Below are positions 39,581-52,255 of a DNA stretch of 64,000 nt, in pieces. Numbering within the stretch: the stretch's first letter is position 1; each line of letters begins with the position of its first letter. The stretch spans positions 35,187,777 through 35,251,776 of the forward strand of contig NC_057718.1 in assembly GCF_004010195.1 (NCBI RefSeq), written 5' to 3'. The notes under the pieces are model-generated. The model was not told the origin of the DNA and did no database searches. It saw only the letters and a program-made list of their open reading frames with translations. The translations under genes and the position numbers were made by a program. The DNA comes from Chiloscyllium plagiosum. Its lineage: Eukaryota.

Positions 39581-41877
39581 GTCAGACATAGTATGGCTCA
39601 AAAAGTCCTTCATAGCAGAACAGGCCAAGAAAGACCGTCCATCTCAGCAGCTGCAAAGTTGGAAGAAAGCCATAACAGTGGTGTGGTCTCGGTCATTGTG
39701 GTTGACATGTCACAGAAATCGGACCAAACTATCAAGACCATCTAGACAATAGCCCTGCACCAAGTTTCCCACAGGATACAAACTCCACATTTTAGAACAA
39801 ATTCCACTGAAGGTTCATTGAGCAAATAATGTTAATTTCTGTTATAGTGTGATTCATATTCCAGAAAAGCAATCATAGCATAGGGTCCCAGGGATCCCAA
39901 AGGACATAAATCGTTATTTAAGTCTTCATGTTTCTAGTTAAAAATAAGAGTTTTCTTATTAATGTACTCTAGCTATGATACTGTTTCCGTATTGCATTGG
40001 ACTCAACATTTGCAGTATAATAAACTTCCACTCTCTATGTCGATTACTGAGACGATAATTAATGCCGAGTTGGTTGCCAAGGTATAAATCCATGTCTCAA
40101 GGCACTGAGGCTTCCATTTATGAAAATAAGGCATATCAACCAGGAGATTCCATGTGTTGCATTTCGAGTAGAAATTGGTTTAGGGCATTTTAGCTTTTAT
40201 TGATCATAAATAAGGCAGAGTTTGAATAAACCAGTGTTCTCATTGCTTATTATTCCCATTACTATAACGCAGTGCCTTTGACGGGCACGCATGCAAATGT
40301 GGTATTCAGATGAGAAGGGCTCTCTTCATGATGAAATAGTCCAGCAACCCTTGAAGGATTGACACCGAGATATAATACTGAGTGCCCGCAGAATATGTGG
40401 AGGCATATCAGACAATAGTACTTTCAGGGGAGAGAAGGAGAAACTAGAAAATGAAAGCAAATAGATCAGGTACTGATTATGTTGTTCTACATAGTAAATC
40501 ACCAAAAGTTATTTCTTGAAGTAATATGGAAGAATTTCACAATTTTTCTACACAGTAAGAGGTTTTCAACAGAACATTTTCAGTCATATTATACAACTCT
40601 CTTTTGTATCTGTCCTCCTGTGGAACCCAAGGCCCATTAAAGACTAAGAATAGCCTGTAATTTTTTATATTTGACAGTGCTAATAGAACCTTTACTGCAC
40701 AACTTTATTTCAGGGAGACTTCAAAGAACTCATGTGTGCCCCATGATCTTTTAAATCTGTTCAACAGCTGAATGCTTGAAAATATTTATTACGCAAGCAG
40801 GAAACCTCCTTCAGTGACAAGTCAAAAAGATCCTTAACTTAAGATGAAGCAATGATGCCTTTTATGATAAATGAAAGGCAGAAGGCCAAAGCTGAAAGCT
40901 GAAATGTGCAAGTTCTGCTATCATGGTTAGCTGTTGAAAACAAAAAGAAACATGCTCGAAGATGAAGATTCAGGTCATGTCTGATGAATTGGAAACAAAG
41001 CACATTTTTGTCTGTGATTGAAATCTTTATTGATGAGAAACTAAGCTATAACCTCTTTCCAGATTGAAAAATATACTTATTTCCCTTCACCTTTAACCTT
41101 GTTAATTTGCTTGTAGAATTTTCTTATTGACCCATTTAAAATCAGTGCCACATTTTCCTCATAGCTAAGACATGAGACTATGAGTGTTTTGAAACCCTAT
41201 CTTGCTTCTATGCATCAGTCTCAATCCACACCACTGCTGTTAAAATGTGTTTAAAACACACAAAGTGCCAAAAAAGGCATTGATAAGACTAATTGTATAT
41301 TAACCCTTTCCCAACTGCCTCTTCTGACATGAGGTTTGTTCCTATTTCAGTCTTTTGTACCTATTTCAGTCTTGTGATGGCCAGTTTGGTGTTTCTACCC
41401 CTCACTGTAGTTTGCCAACTATTGGGAGAGTACTCCTGTTTTGTCATCTAGATGTTTAGATTAGCACATTGTTTTAGCCATTTTATAGACTCATGTTTTG
41501 TGTTAACATAAGATGCTTGATGCCAGAAATAATGGGTGACCCAGGGGCTAACATAAGTGAGGAAATTAAGGTAATTAATATTACCAGAGAAAAAGTGCTA
41601 GGGTAACTCAAAGAAGTGAAATCTGACAACTCCCTAGGCCTACATCTTTGGGTTTTAAAAGAGACAGCTGCAAAGATAGTGATTGTACTGGATATGATTT
41701 TCCAAAATTTCCTCGACTCTGGAACGATCCAACAGATTTAGAAGTTCACAAATATAAGACTGTGATTCAAAAAGGAGACAGGGAGAAAACAAACGAGTTA
41801 GACTGACTTCAGTCATCAGGAAAGTGCTGGAATCTATTATTAAAGAAAGTCTCAGCAATGCATTGAGAAAAATATAG

Positions 41878-42055
41878 TCGAACCGTGGTGCTGGAAAAGC
41901 GCAGCAGGTCAGGCAGCATCCGAGGATCAGGAGAATTGACGTTTTGGGCATAAGCCTTTCATTACAGATGGGGTTTTGGCCCGAGGCAGCTGAGAGATAA
42001 ATGGGAGGGAGTTGGGGCTGGGGGTGATAGGTGAGAGTGCAAAAGGTAGATGGAA
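41878..42055 (-). mobile_element. Penelope-like pLTR fragment (family A)
   Basis: gtggtgctggaaaagcgcagcaggtcaggcagcatcc...gggcataagcc followed by the G-rich pLTR body. HHR core degenerate. Confidence 0.85.
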
Positions 42056-42249
42056 AACATAGTATGATTACAATAAATTGACAATGCTTTATGAAAGTCA
42101 ATTATTATTTAACAAATGTACTGGAGATTTTTTGAAGATGCAACTAGTAGAGTAGACAAAGGGGAACCATCAGATGTAGTATGCTTAGATTTTCAAAAGG
42201 AATTCAGTAAGATGACACTAAAAAGGCTACTTTGGGCTCGCAGCAGCCC

Positions 42250-42547
42250 AGAGGGCATAGGCTTACAGTGAGAGGGCAAAGATTTAAAAGGGACCTAAGA
42301 GGCAACTTTTTTATGCAGAGGGTGGTGTGTGTATGGAATGAGCTGTCATAGAAAGTGGTGGAGGTTGGTACAATTGCAACATTTAAAAGACATCAGGATG
42401 GGTATATAAAAAGGAAAGGGTTTAAGGTTTAGAGGGATATGGGCCAAGTGCTGGCAAACAAGACTAGATTAATTTAGGATATCTGGTCTGTATGGACAAG
42501 TTGGACCAAAGAGTCTGCTTCTATGCTGTTCATCTCTATGATTCTAC
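42250..42547 (+). mobile_element. Young CR1 3' terminus nested in old CR1
   Basis: Closely matches 39205-39580; ends ctctatgattcta. Confidence 0.9.
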
Positions 42548-44665
42548 ACTAGATAAGAGCTCATGATAACAGGAAACAGTGAGTAGGTATTTTTTCAAGT
42601 TGTAAACAGTGAGTAGTGTAGTGTTGTAAGAGTCAGTGCTGGGGCCCCAGCTTTTTCTAATCTATATAAATAACACAGATGAAGAAATAGAAAGTAAAAT
42701 TGTTTGTCACTGTACAAAGCCAGACAAAGTAGAAGATCACAGGAACACACAAAGGGGCTACAAAGAGATAGAGAAAGATTAAGTGAGTGGACAATCAGGA
42801 AAGGATGAAATATTATATTGGAAGTTTGAGGTTGCTCACCTTGCTCAGACAATAGACTAGTAAATTCTCTTTTAAAAAGCATGAAACTTATAATAATTGA
42901 TGTTCAGAGAAACCTTAAGTGTATTCATACAATGAATATAAAAAGTTTGCATGCAAGGAGCAAGCAATGCCACAAATAGTATTTTGGCCTTGATTACTAA
43001 ACTATCAGAGTACAGGATTAAATTGGTTTTGCTCTAATTCTACAGAGCTTTGGTGAGGCTGCACCAGGAATACTATGTGCAGTATTAAGAACTTACAATC
43101 AGTGTGTACCTTTTTAGTGTCTAGAATAAAAGAAGGATATATTTGTTTTGGAAGCAGTACAGTGGAGTGTCTGATGATGGGAGGCAGTGTAAGTTTAGTT
43201 TATATTCACTGGAGTTTGGAAGGATGATTGTGATCTCATTAAAACATTCAAAACTGTGAAAGGGATTGAGAGGATAGAAAATGGAAAGTTGCTTCCCTTG
43301 ACTGTGGAATTTAGAACATGTGGTCACAGTCTAAGGATCAAGCAATAATCATTTAAAAATGAGATGAAGAGAAATTTCTTCACTCAAATAGTTGTGCACC
43401 TTCATAATTTGCTTTCTTAGAAGTTTGAGGATGTGTTATCATTGAATATATCTAAGGTTGAAAGAAACAGAGTTTTGATCTTAAGGAAATCAAGAATTAT
43501 GGAGTTGAGGCAGAAATCTTGAGCATATTGAATAGAGGAGCCAGCTTCAGGGTCTTTATGGTTTACTTCTGCTCTTTTTCCTGGCCTTCTCATGTTCTCT
43601 TTGGAGACATGAAGCAATTCTACAGATTACTTTGAAAAAAGGCAGTTGTTGAAGTTTCTTTACAAAAACAAGTATTTATTTTTCTCTATGCAAACTTATT
43701 GCCCTTTAAACATATTTGTCCAACTTAACTGTCATGATTATATTACATCTCAGTCACCATTGCGAAGCTGGAATAGTCCAATATTTGGTTTCCAAAATCT
43801 TATATTTTCAGGTTAGATTATGCATTTCTTAACAAAGCATGAACTGTCTCAGCCAACAGTTTAAACCCTATCACCAGAGATATATACAAAGCTGAATTTT
43901 TCAATACACCCCTTCAGATTAAATTCTCAGAAGCTTTCTTTCTGCTCCACAGCTGCCCTGTGTCACCTAAAGTTTAGATTCACTGCCTGGCACCGCACTT
44001 AGATTAAAACATTTGTAAAGAATTTAAATTGTTTACATGTCTGGGCATTTACAGGTTTTTGCTGCCTTGCTGAGGATAAAAAAGCAATATAATATGTTTT
44101 CTCAATTTGCCTGCACAGATTCTAAGCACTGTGTCTGGATTATATCTCTGGCTCGCAATATTGCCACATGATCTGATTTGAAACAGATACTTCATGGCCT
44201 TGGGTTATAGGCAGGTGTCTTCCTTTCTATGAAAACTGGCTCTGTAGCATTGATCTGGTTATTAAACATTGGCTGACTCTCTGGTGGTTCAGTTCATTCA
44301 ATCTATAGCATAGTGCAAAAAGAGGTGATATCCAGAACGGCGCCTCACTCACACCTTACACTGAGTTAACTGACCTCCATTGTCTTGTCAAAAAAAAGCA
44401 GCAGGGGCACCAATTTGAGGAGTTGAAAATAATTATACATAGTTCCAACAATGACCTTTACTCGAAATTGTATATGTATAGATATTGGGCTGAATCTTGC
44501 TGAGATATCAGATGCTTGCTGCTAGCTGGAGAGTTTATGAGAGAACCATGATGCCTCTTTTCAGAAAGGCCTGCCAAATCTCAAACCAATTAGGCCAGTG
44601 GCATAGCCACCAGTGGCCCTTTCCCTGGAAACAAGACCACAGGGGTGGAGATATTTCCTCACGAT

Positions 44666-44752
44666 GTTAAAAATCACACAACACCAGGTTAACCTGGTGT
44701 TGTGTGATTTTTAACTTTGTACACCCCAGTCCAACACCGGCATCTCCAAATC
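44666..44752. mobile_element. 87-bp insert: perfect 50-bp palindrome plus 37-nt tail, 13-bp TSD (putative PLE family C)
   Basis: gttaaaaatcacacaacaccaggtt|aacctggtgttgtgtgatttttaac at 44666-44715. TSD atttcctcacgat at 44653-44665 and 44753-44765. Confidence 0.85.
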
Positions 44753-46702
44753 ATTTCCTCACGATAGCTGCTACACAGATCAGAGGCTCCTAACAGTGCT
44801 CTGTAGTGCCACTGGGAGATGGTGGCTGCTGTGAGAAGGGCAGGCACCAGAGCCAAAGGCTCACAAAGTGACCTCGACCACAGATAAGAAATATAGAAAG
44901 TGGGGTTGGGAGGTGAAATAACTCTTCAGAGGCCAGCATACTATCATCAATCACCCTTTACTTATAAACGCATAGCCTCTCACAGAGTCAGGTATCTAGG
45001 GGCCCAATATCCCTGGCATTCATCCTTTCATGTCAGCCAAGTCTCCCTGATTGGATCACATTAACTGCCTGAATCAGGAAACTTGTATTCTAAGAGATGC
45101 AGCTGGCTGACCTCCTTGCAATCTCTATGGGGTTGGGGGGTGTTTCACAAGTTGGATTCAAGTGGAAAAGAGTGCCGGGGGTCAGCAGGAAGGAGGGCTT
45201 TGGGGTTCTAAGTGGTATCCAATTATCCCCAAATCCATCAATCAGAGTGCCTTTGATCAAGGAACTTCCCTCTCAACGGATGTGAAAGAATGGCTGTACA
45301 GTTTCAGCTGTCATGTGTGCCAGATGGTGATGGACCCAGCTGCAACTGCATTAATACAGGTGGCAGCGGGATAAGGACCTTAAATGGTCATTAATTAGCC
45401 ATTCGAGTCTCATTCACTGGCAAGGCATGAAGGTCAATTGTGGGTCTCCCAACTCAGCGCCTAACTTTGGTGAAGGCAGGAAAGTGGAAGGGTTCAGGTC
45501 TCCCTCCACTCCACTGATTAAATCCCCTTTGTGCCTCCCAGCTCATTACTGACAAGAGCAGAAGATGGCATCCACCAGATGAAGTTGGAATTAGTTTCCT
45601 ATCTAGGTCTGCATGTGCAGAAAAGCCTTTTGAACAAAAGGATATCTTGCACCAGTAGCATTCCAACCTGAGGCAGAAAACTGAAGAGGGAAAATGTGTA
45701 TTTAAACATTAGTAAAAAGTTGGTTCATATTTAAACTGATCCTGACATTTTTTTCCACATCTTGTTTGCTTAAAGACTTCTATTTGGACATGTTCACTTT
45801 TTCATTAAAATTTAATAGCATTGTATGGATGTTTGATTTAAGGTCCTTCAGTGACTGCTTAACTGAGTTAACTCTCCCCCCTCAACATCCTAAACATAAA
45901 GCACAATTTTTGGCAAAATGACAAACTGAACTCCAAATGACTGAATGCCGCAAATACATTTGCTGACTGTTATAAATAAAGCAATCAGATGTTTATAAAA
46001 TACTTTGTCACCTATTTCCACAAAATAAAAGAGTTTCAAAGTTCTATTTAAGTCTTATCATGCCTTCAACAAGCTGTATTTTATAATCTTTCTTTAAACA
46101 GATTTAAATGCTTTGAAACAAAGGGAATCACTGTCCCCAAAGTAGGCATAAACATAGAATGTTAAGGAAAAATATGAAAGAAAACTTGAACTGTTACAGG
46201 TTTATGTGAAACCAGTTGGCCTAAAAGGTTTTCATTCTTGCAGTAAGACACATCTGGCTTTCATTGCTATGATTACTCAGAGTGGAACAATATGTTGCAT
46301 ATTGGTTTTTCTATCCATATCAGGAAAAACTATTATAAGATCTTGGAAACATTAGACATTCTCCAAGATGCTATCGAACAGATTCAAATTGCAGTGAGCT
46401 GGCAAGCTCCATTGTCAATGACACAGTGCAATCAGAATATTTTTGATGAAAACCAAATGCTTTACACCAGTGTCTAAACAGCTCACCCCATTCAAGCAGT
46501 TTTGTAATGTTACTAAACCCAGGAAATTAAATTAATCAATACTGTCTGACACATGGCTATAAATTTTAAACATTTGACAAGACTCTGTATCCTAGAATAC
46601 AGAAATGACATTAACTTTTATGGTTGTGCCTAATGCACTATTTGGTTTGGGTTAAATGCAGGTAAGCCACTGCTTGACTAAGGCAATGGACACTCTGCCA
46701 AA

Positions 46703-47405
46703 TAAGAACATAAAAGCACAATAGGCATGAAAGTAGATCATTTAGTGCCTGGAGTTTGTTCCTCTATTCAATTGAATTGCGGCTGATCCCCCATAAATGA
46801 CAACCTCCAGTTTGTCAATCTAAAATCTCACTAGCTCAGCCTTGACATATTCAATAGCCAGCTTCCACTACTAACTGCAGATGGGAATCCCAAATGCTAC
46901 TCATCCTCTGAGAGAAGAAATTGGTCCTTATCTCCATCGTAAAGGGGACATGCCTTATTTTGAAATGGTACTACCTAATTCTCTATTCCCCACAAGGGGT
47001 AGCTCCCTTCAGCATCTCCCTTGCCAAGCCTGGGCTGAATCTTATATGTTTCCAAAGGATCAAAGCTCATTTTGTTAAACTCCAATGAGGTTGGTTCAAC
47101 CTGCCTGACCTCTTTTCAGAAGACAAACCACCTCTTACCTGGGATCAGCCTCATGAATCTTCTCAGAATTCTGCTTCCAAAGCAAATATGTTCTGACCTA
47201 AATAATATGTGCAAAATTGCACATAGTATTCCAGGTATGGTTTTATCAATGCCTTATCCAGTTGTAGCAAGACCTCCTTATCTTTCGCTCCCCTTGCAAT
47301 AAAGACTAAAATTGCATTTGCCTTCCTTGCTGACTTGTTTGTGACTTGTGTACAAGGACACCCAATACTTCTGTACTCCAGCATTTTTCAATTCGTTCCC
47401 ATTTT
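46703..47405 (-). mobile_element. Old CR1 3' fragment
   Basis: RKANAILVFIARG...KALIKPYLEYYVQF in ORF 47163-47384. Confidence 0.85.
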
Positions 47406-49289
47406 AAAATGCAGTGAGAGAGTCATACTATGTCCCCAACTTGTGCCTGACTTCCGTGTGGTGTGATGAGTGTCATGGTTACTATGCTGGCTATCAGTTA
47501 GATTTGGTGAGGCCTAGGGACAGGTGGCCATGGAGGGCACAGGGTTGGTGTAGACGCAGTGATCTGCTGGGTATTCTGAGTGGCTCTTAACAGTGCTATT
47601 GTGACAGGACATAGTTTTGGTGAAGAGAGGAATGTTAGCCAACTGTTAACTACTGTTTTTATTTGGAGGATGAACTATCAATAGTTCTGATTTATTTCTT
47701 TGAACTTGGAGTTGCCAAATGACTTTTAATATTTGTAATGATAGTTCTCTTTATGTATTTGCAGGTATATATGGTACCAGTGGGATGAAGATTCACAGAA
47801 CTGGAATCTTTATTTCTTCATTGTACTCTTCCTGCATTACAAATAATATTCTGTTTTTCTACTCTTCTCTTGATATATTCCAACAATATACTCCATCAAC
47901 CAAATTTTTACATACTGAATGAATGTTTCCACTGTCCTTCCTTGATGGCTCAACTGGTCCCACACCATCTAGAATGATTCTATCCTAAATAGAAGGGGTT
48001 GTCTGAGTTTGCTAATTACATCCTGGCAGCATTATATTTAATCTCAGCACCCATGAGTATATCAGATGAGGATAGAATTTGACTGTCAACAGCTATGTAG
48101 CCTGCCAAATCTCACTGTCAGGGTCACATATGAAGAATGTCCACTTGGATAGGATCCCAGAGAACTGTTAGTGCACATATAACCCTACACCAGTACCAAT
48201 CAATCACAGGAGTAGAGCCAAGAATAAAGCATCTGCAACCACTCTCATCTGATTGAACAATTGTCGAGCCCATTTTTGCAGAGATTCTGCTGTAAAGTTT
48301 GAAGGTTTCTTCAAACCAAGGACATGCAACAGGTTTAGCCAAGTTCTTCTGATATATCTACAATATAGACATCTATCCAGCAATGTGGAAAGTTATTCAG
48401 GTTTCTCTGCTCTGTTCAAAGCATTACTAATCCATCCTAGCAATTATCGTTGTTATGACTGAGATTGGAAGAGGGGTGCAATGTCTTTCTTTAGTCCCAC
48501 TACTTCACTTACATTTTACCATGTAACTGAAATGAACAATTATATATTTCATATATATTAGATTTAGAATTAAAAGATTTGTCAACCAGTTTCCTGTAAT
48601 AAATAACAAATTAAGTGATTTATTGTGAAAACAGGACTTCTTCAGTAAAGGTGTAAAGCTAATTAACGCAGAGTTTGAAATGTTACAATTTAAATGCTTA
48701 CCCTTCTAAACATCCCACACAGACATATAAACACACACAGGTAACTAAGAAAGTAAAGATTTTTCTCTACTCAGAATAACTTTGAGGAAAAACATATGTA
48801 GTGAAATAATCATTAAGAGAAGAAGGATAAAGTATGAAATTTTCATGAAGGTTTTCAGTCAACATCCTGACATGTAATAAAAACACAACATAGATGTCAT
48901 TGACACAGTTTGTTCACATGCAGATCATGAAGAATGATCAAGTGCAACTCCTTCAGTGGATGTGAAAGGATGAGCTGGGTCATTTCCCTTGCTGCTAGCA
49001 GGCTGTAACCCCAGATAAACTCCAAACAATATCCAGAACAAAATTATAAACCCCAGGAAAGTAACTTCCAATAAATCCAGCAGTTCCACAGGCTTGACAA
49101 TTTAATTAGCCTGAACCATGTCATTCCTAATAACAAAGTCTTTAACAAAGTCCAAATGTGGTTTTAGTGACCCCTTTTGAAAAATAACAGTTTCAGGATT
49201 CCAAGTGCACTTGTGTCCATAATCCATTAACATGGATCCTCAAAAAAAATTAAAATGTCTTCATAAGTGGAGTAGAGTCACAATGGATG

Positions 49290-49365
49290 CAAAATGTTGA
49301 CACAGTTTCTCTCTTCACACATGCTGCCAGACCTGCTGAGTTTCCCCAGCACTTTCTGTTTTTCT
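49290..49365 (+). mobile_element. Penelope-like family B end remnant
   Basis: atgctgccagacctgctgagtttccccagcactttctgtttt matches 11075-11120. Confidence 0.6.
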
Positions 49366-49631
49366 GTCTACACAACCTCATCATTGCAGGCGGACTATCA
49401 CACACATGATTGCTGAAGGGCCTCTTCCTACGCTGTGGAACTCTGTTACTCTATGGCAAAACCATTTTATTTTTAATTCTTTCTGATGAAAAACAAAGTT
49501 CTGATAATCCTGACAATTTTAATTTAGTTGCTTGTTTAATATACTTGTAAACCTTGAACTAAAAAATCTTCACGGATGTATGTCTATACAGTTGAAACTC
49601 ATCATAATGAGAAGTTAAACTCTATTCTCAG

Positions 49632-49799
49632 TTATGGAGAAAATGAAGGCTGCAGGTGCTGGAGATCAGAGTCAAAAAGTATGGCACTAGAAAAGCACAG
49701 CAGGTCAAGGAGCATCCCAGGGCTTGTGCCCGAAACATTGACTCGCCTGCTCCTTGGATGCTGCCTGACCTGGTGCGCTTTTCCAGCACCACACTTTTC
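49632..49799. mobile_element. Diverged palindromic Penelope-like insertion (family A), 14-bp TSD
   Basis: TSD aactctattctcag at 49618-49631 and 49800-49813. The right arm begins at HHR stem II (gggcttgtgcccgaaac). Confidence 0.85.
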
Positions 49800-49878
49800 A
49801 ACTCTATTCTCAGAAATGGCAAATATGTTATATTTAAAGTTAGTTTTATCTCCTTTGAGAGGGTGCATGAGTTAATGG

Positions 49879-50156
49879 AGCGGCACAGTGGCTCAGCAGT
49901 TAGCATGGCTGCCTCACAGCACTTGGGTCCCAGGTTTGATTCTAGCCTCAGGCGACTGTGTAGAGTTTGCACATTGTCTGCGTGGGTTTCCTCCCACAGT
50001 CCAAAGATGTGCAGGTTAGGTGAATTGGCCATGCTAAATTGCCCGTAGTGTTAGGTGCATTAGTCAGGTGTAAATGTATGGGAATGGGTCTGGATTGGTT
50101 GCTCTTCGAAGGGTCAGTGTGGATTTATTGGGCCGAATAGACTGTTTCTAATCTAA
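49879..50156 (+). mobile_element. HE1-type V-SINE
   Basis: ggcacagtggctcagcagttagc...ggtttgattc, V-domain, ttgggccgaatagactgtttctaatctaa tail. Confidence 0.9.
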
Positions 50157-51440
50157 AAAACTCATCTATTTTCAGATCGGGGGCTGACAGCATCTTTGTT
50201 CAAGAAAACTAAAATTCATCTTGTTTTAGATCATAAGACCTTATGATATATTTTCATAAATACTTCTGAAGCTACATAGGAGGACCCAGTTTGGTGTGAT
50301 CTTTACATTGAGCAAATATTAAGTGGTACATACCCATTGCTCATTTGTTAGTGGTATAAAGCAAACATTACTTTGTTGACTGAGTTGATGTTGTCTGTGG
50401 CACATGCTGCTTTGATGGTCAGGCTTCATGATCATATATGCAATGAGCCTCCTCTGCATTTGAAGCACCTATCAATCCAAGGAGGGAAATGTCCAATAGC
50501 TCCTACTTGGAGCTCAGTCAATCCACTAACATTAAGGAGTCAAGCATCATCCAGAAGGAGGGCTACAAGAATCAGCAATTGGACTTGTTAAAACTTGTAA
50601 GGTACTGATCTTCTTCTTAACCCCACAAACCTCACTGAGAAAAATCTCTCTTCTTGAACATTTGCAGAACACTTTGGGGTTCTTTGAGGACATCTGACTT
50701 TACAGCCAACAACACTAGGTAAAGGGTAGGCAGTACCAGCTTCATCTTTCAATACCCGAAAATTGGGTCAGAGTCCTAGTGGCACCATGGAGCCCCAAAT
50801 TGTGTTCTACAATGAAACATCTGCTGGTTTCTGCCAGCAACCTTGGCCACCTTTCTGAAGGACCCAGTCAAGATGACAGGACTGGGATTGTGGAGGATCA
50901 GCGAAAGGTGGGGGGACACTGGTGCTTAGCGCAGGAGATGGAAATTGGGCTCACGGAGTGTTAAGATGTATTAATGACTTCTACGACCGCATTCTGGGGA
51001 AGGTTTTGGAAGAAGAAAATACACAACGCTGGATTAACACAGAGCTGTGTGGTAGATCAGTCAGCTTTTTGTTTAATTCGTTGATTGATTGCTGGCCAGG
51101 TCGTGTTTTATCCAAACTGATCATGCTTCTCCTATGTGAATATATACTGTACAAGGTTAGGACAACTAGTGTGTAGAATCTTTTATTTGTCAACTACATT
51201 GTGGTTTTCTCCACTTCGGGCTAATATGTTATGCACAGTATTACATTTTTTAATGTAGCATATTATAGTGAGAACTGAATTCTGGTGTTTTTAATCCTGC
51301 AATTGTGTTTGTATGTTTATTAATCACAGAAGGACGTGAAGTGTATTTTTGTTGTTATAATGACAAAGGAATAACGGAAAGGTTGTGGTATGTTTGGACC
51401 TGGTACTTCTTAAAGAAACATAAAACAGAAAGCCAGATTC

Positions 51441-51677
51441 ACCTCCATCCAAGGCCCCAAAGGAGCCTTCCACATCCATCAAAGTTACATCTGCACATCC
51501 ACCAATGCCATTTATTGTATCTGTTGCACCCGATGCGGTCTCCTCTACACTGGAGAGACTGGATGCCTCCTCGCAGAGCGCTTTAGGGAACATCTCTGGG
51601 ACACCCGCACCAGTCAACTCCACCACCCCGTGGTCCAACATTTCAACTCCCCCTCCCACTCTGCCAAGGAAATGCAG
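51441..51677 (+). mobile_element. Isolated Penelope GIY-YIG endonuclease fragment
   Basis: Open frame from 51441: TSIQGPKGAFHIHQSYICTSTNAIYCICCTRCGLLYTGETGCLLAERFREH...HFNSPSH (IY...YTG plus the PLE Cys/His motif). Confidence 0.9.
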
Positions 51678-52255
51678 ATTGTACAGTGGTAATAACAGCA
51701 TTTTGTCTGGTAAATTGTTGTATTTGCTACTTCTACCTGTGTGAAACTGATAGTAGCATTTGCATCGCGTGTATGTGCAGATTAGTATGGAAATCTGAAA
51801 GTTGCTATTAGTTACACTGTCAATCAAGGTTAGCGTTGAAGTATCTACAGGCCTTTACCAAATAGAAAACATTAAATTAATGAGTATTTGTTCATTTAAA
51901 TTACTAGTCTTAGTGTAAAAACCCTTGAAAATTTATGTCTTATTAAATAACATTTAAGTAGGTTTTTATTTAACAGCATTCTAGGTTCATAGGTACTCTT
52001 AAAGAGCCTAATTGGCCATTAAAGATTAATGTATATTTGTGGATTGTCAAATTTCTCCCTAATAATAAAAAAATCACACATTACAGTGATATTTGAAGCT
52101 TGATTAGAAGGTGTTTGCAACCTTTACCACAAATTAAAGTCGAGTAATGAGTGCATTTCACTACCTGTCTTGCTGTCTTTGAGAATAGTTCAACGTGATT
52201 AGCTAGTAATTGTTGTTTTATGACTTCACTGCTGCTGGGCACCCAGAGACTCTGT

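Larger units (their letters stand above)
41540..43600 (+). mobile_element. Old CR1 ORF2 plus 3' end, interrupted by younger inserts
   Basis: gatgtagtatgcttagattttcaaaagg (DVVCLDFQK), agtcagtgctggggcc (SVLG), LVRLHQEYYVQ and CR1 3' UTR. Confidence 0.85.

Noticed and set aside
41341..41373. Tandem duplication of cctatttcagtctt
   Set aside because: Two copies only; ordinary slippage.
47745..47850. Acceptor followed by YIWYQWDEDSQNWNLY, faintly WWE-like
   Set aside because: No donor before the stop codon and the similarity is too short.
48575..49266. Possible solo LTR (also 44925-45125 and 6960-7400)
   Set aside because: LTR-like composition only; no clear TG...CA termini, TSD, PBS or second copy.
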